Source: Elusimicrobiota bacterium (GTDB lineage Bacteria > Elusimicrobiota > Elusimicrobia > UBA1565 > JACRDR01). From it: DNA of 64,000 nt. How positions within the stretch are numbered: position 1 is the stretch's first letter; each line of letters starts with the position of its first letter. The notes under the pieces are model-generated. The model did no database searches. It was given only the letters and a program-made list of their open reading frames with translations, and was not told where the DNA came from. This document shows, one piece after another, positions 63,907-64,000 of this stretch. Where the stretch lies: assembly GCA_041694815.1 (NCBI GenBank), contig JBGFSC010000007.1, positions 1 to 64,000 of the forward strand, read 5' to 3'. The position numbers were made by a program, and so were the translations under genes.

Positions 63907-64000
63907 TCATCGGTCGGGTATCGGGTCGTCCAGGACATAAATTGCCCCTGGAAAGGCATGCCGGCTATGATTGCAGACCTGCGCGATCTGCTTGTCCTTC
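63907..64000 (-). CDS. Possible 3' end of a gene entering from the right edge
   Basis: Open frame KDKQIAQVCNHSRHAFPGAIYVLDDPIPDR* ending at 63907; no motif. Confidence 0.3.
   Translation of the reverse strand, partial: KDKQIAQVCNHSRHAFPGAIYVLDDPIPDR

Noticed and set aside
4603..63940. Numerous 60-280-aa antisense and alternate-frame ORFs in the track
   Set aside because: They lie wholly within motif-bearing genes, are Arg/Pro/Ala-rich without motifs, and are expected in GC-rich DNA.
1..64000. Taxonomic assignment
   Set aside because: No marker genes in the window; gene style alone is not sufficient evidence.

Overview
GC-rich bacterial DNA, densely coding and almost entirely accessory biosynthetic. 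I recognised no rRNA, tRNA, CRISPR array or intact transposase. (1) 3.5-43.3 kb, minus strand: a largely translationally coupled gene run headed by a Wzm/Wzt-type polysaccharide ABC exporter and two glycosyltransferases. It is followed by 26 radical SAM genes within about 34.5 kb (7 cobalamin-binding type, 8 SPASM/twitch type, 11 of one short paralogous family; two look internally deleted), interspersed with two MBL-fold hydrolases and two beta-helix proteins, and ends at two convergent signal-peptide-bearing O-methyltransferases. (2) 43.4-53.9 kb, plus strand: a 1768-aa S26-like peptidase/beta-helix repeat fusion, a ColD/RfbH-like PLP enzyme, an SDR, and then a compact candidate RiPP operon. 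That operon has a strong sigma70-like promoter, a 36-aa precursor missing from the ORF track (MKKPRNKGKNKKRKWTPPTLTRHDQIYSSPVAAYPS, with a WxxPxL leader motif), a stand-alone PqqD/RRE, a GT2 fused to a C-terminal RRE, and a SPASM radical SAM. (3) 53.9-64 kb: two more B12-radical SAMs, a methyltransferase, a membrane glycosyltransferase, a GT2, a YvcK/CofD-family protein, an NTP transferase, an SGNH protein and an HNH protein. In total there are 29 radical SAM genes or remnants. All product calls come from motif reading by eye; no database searches were run.
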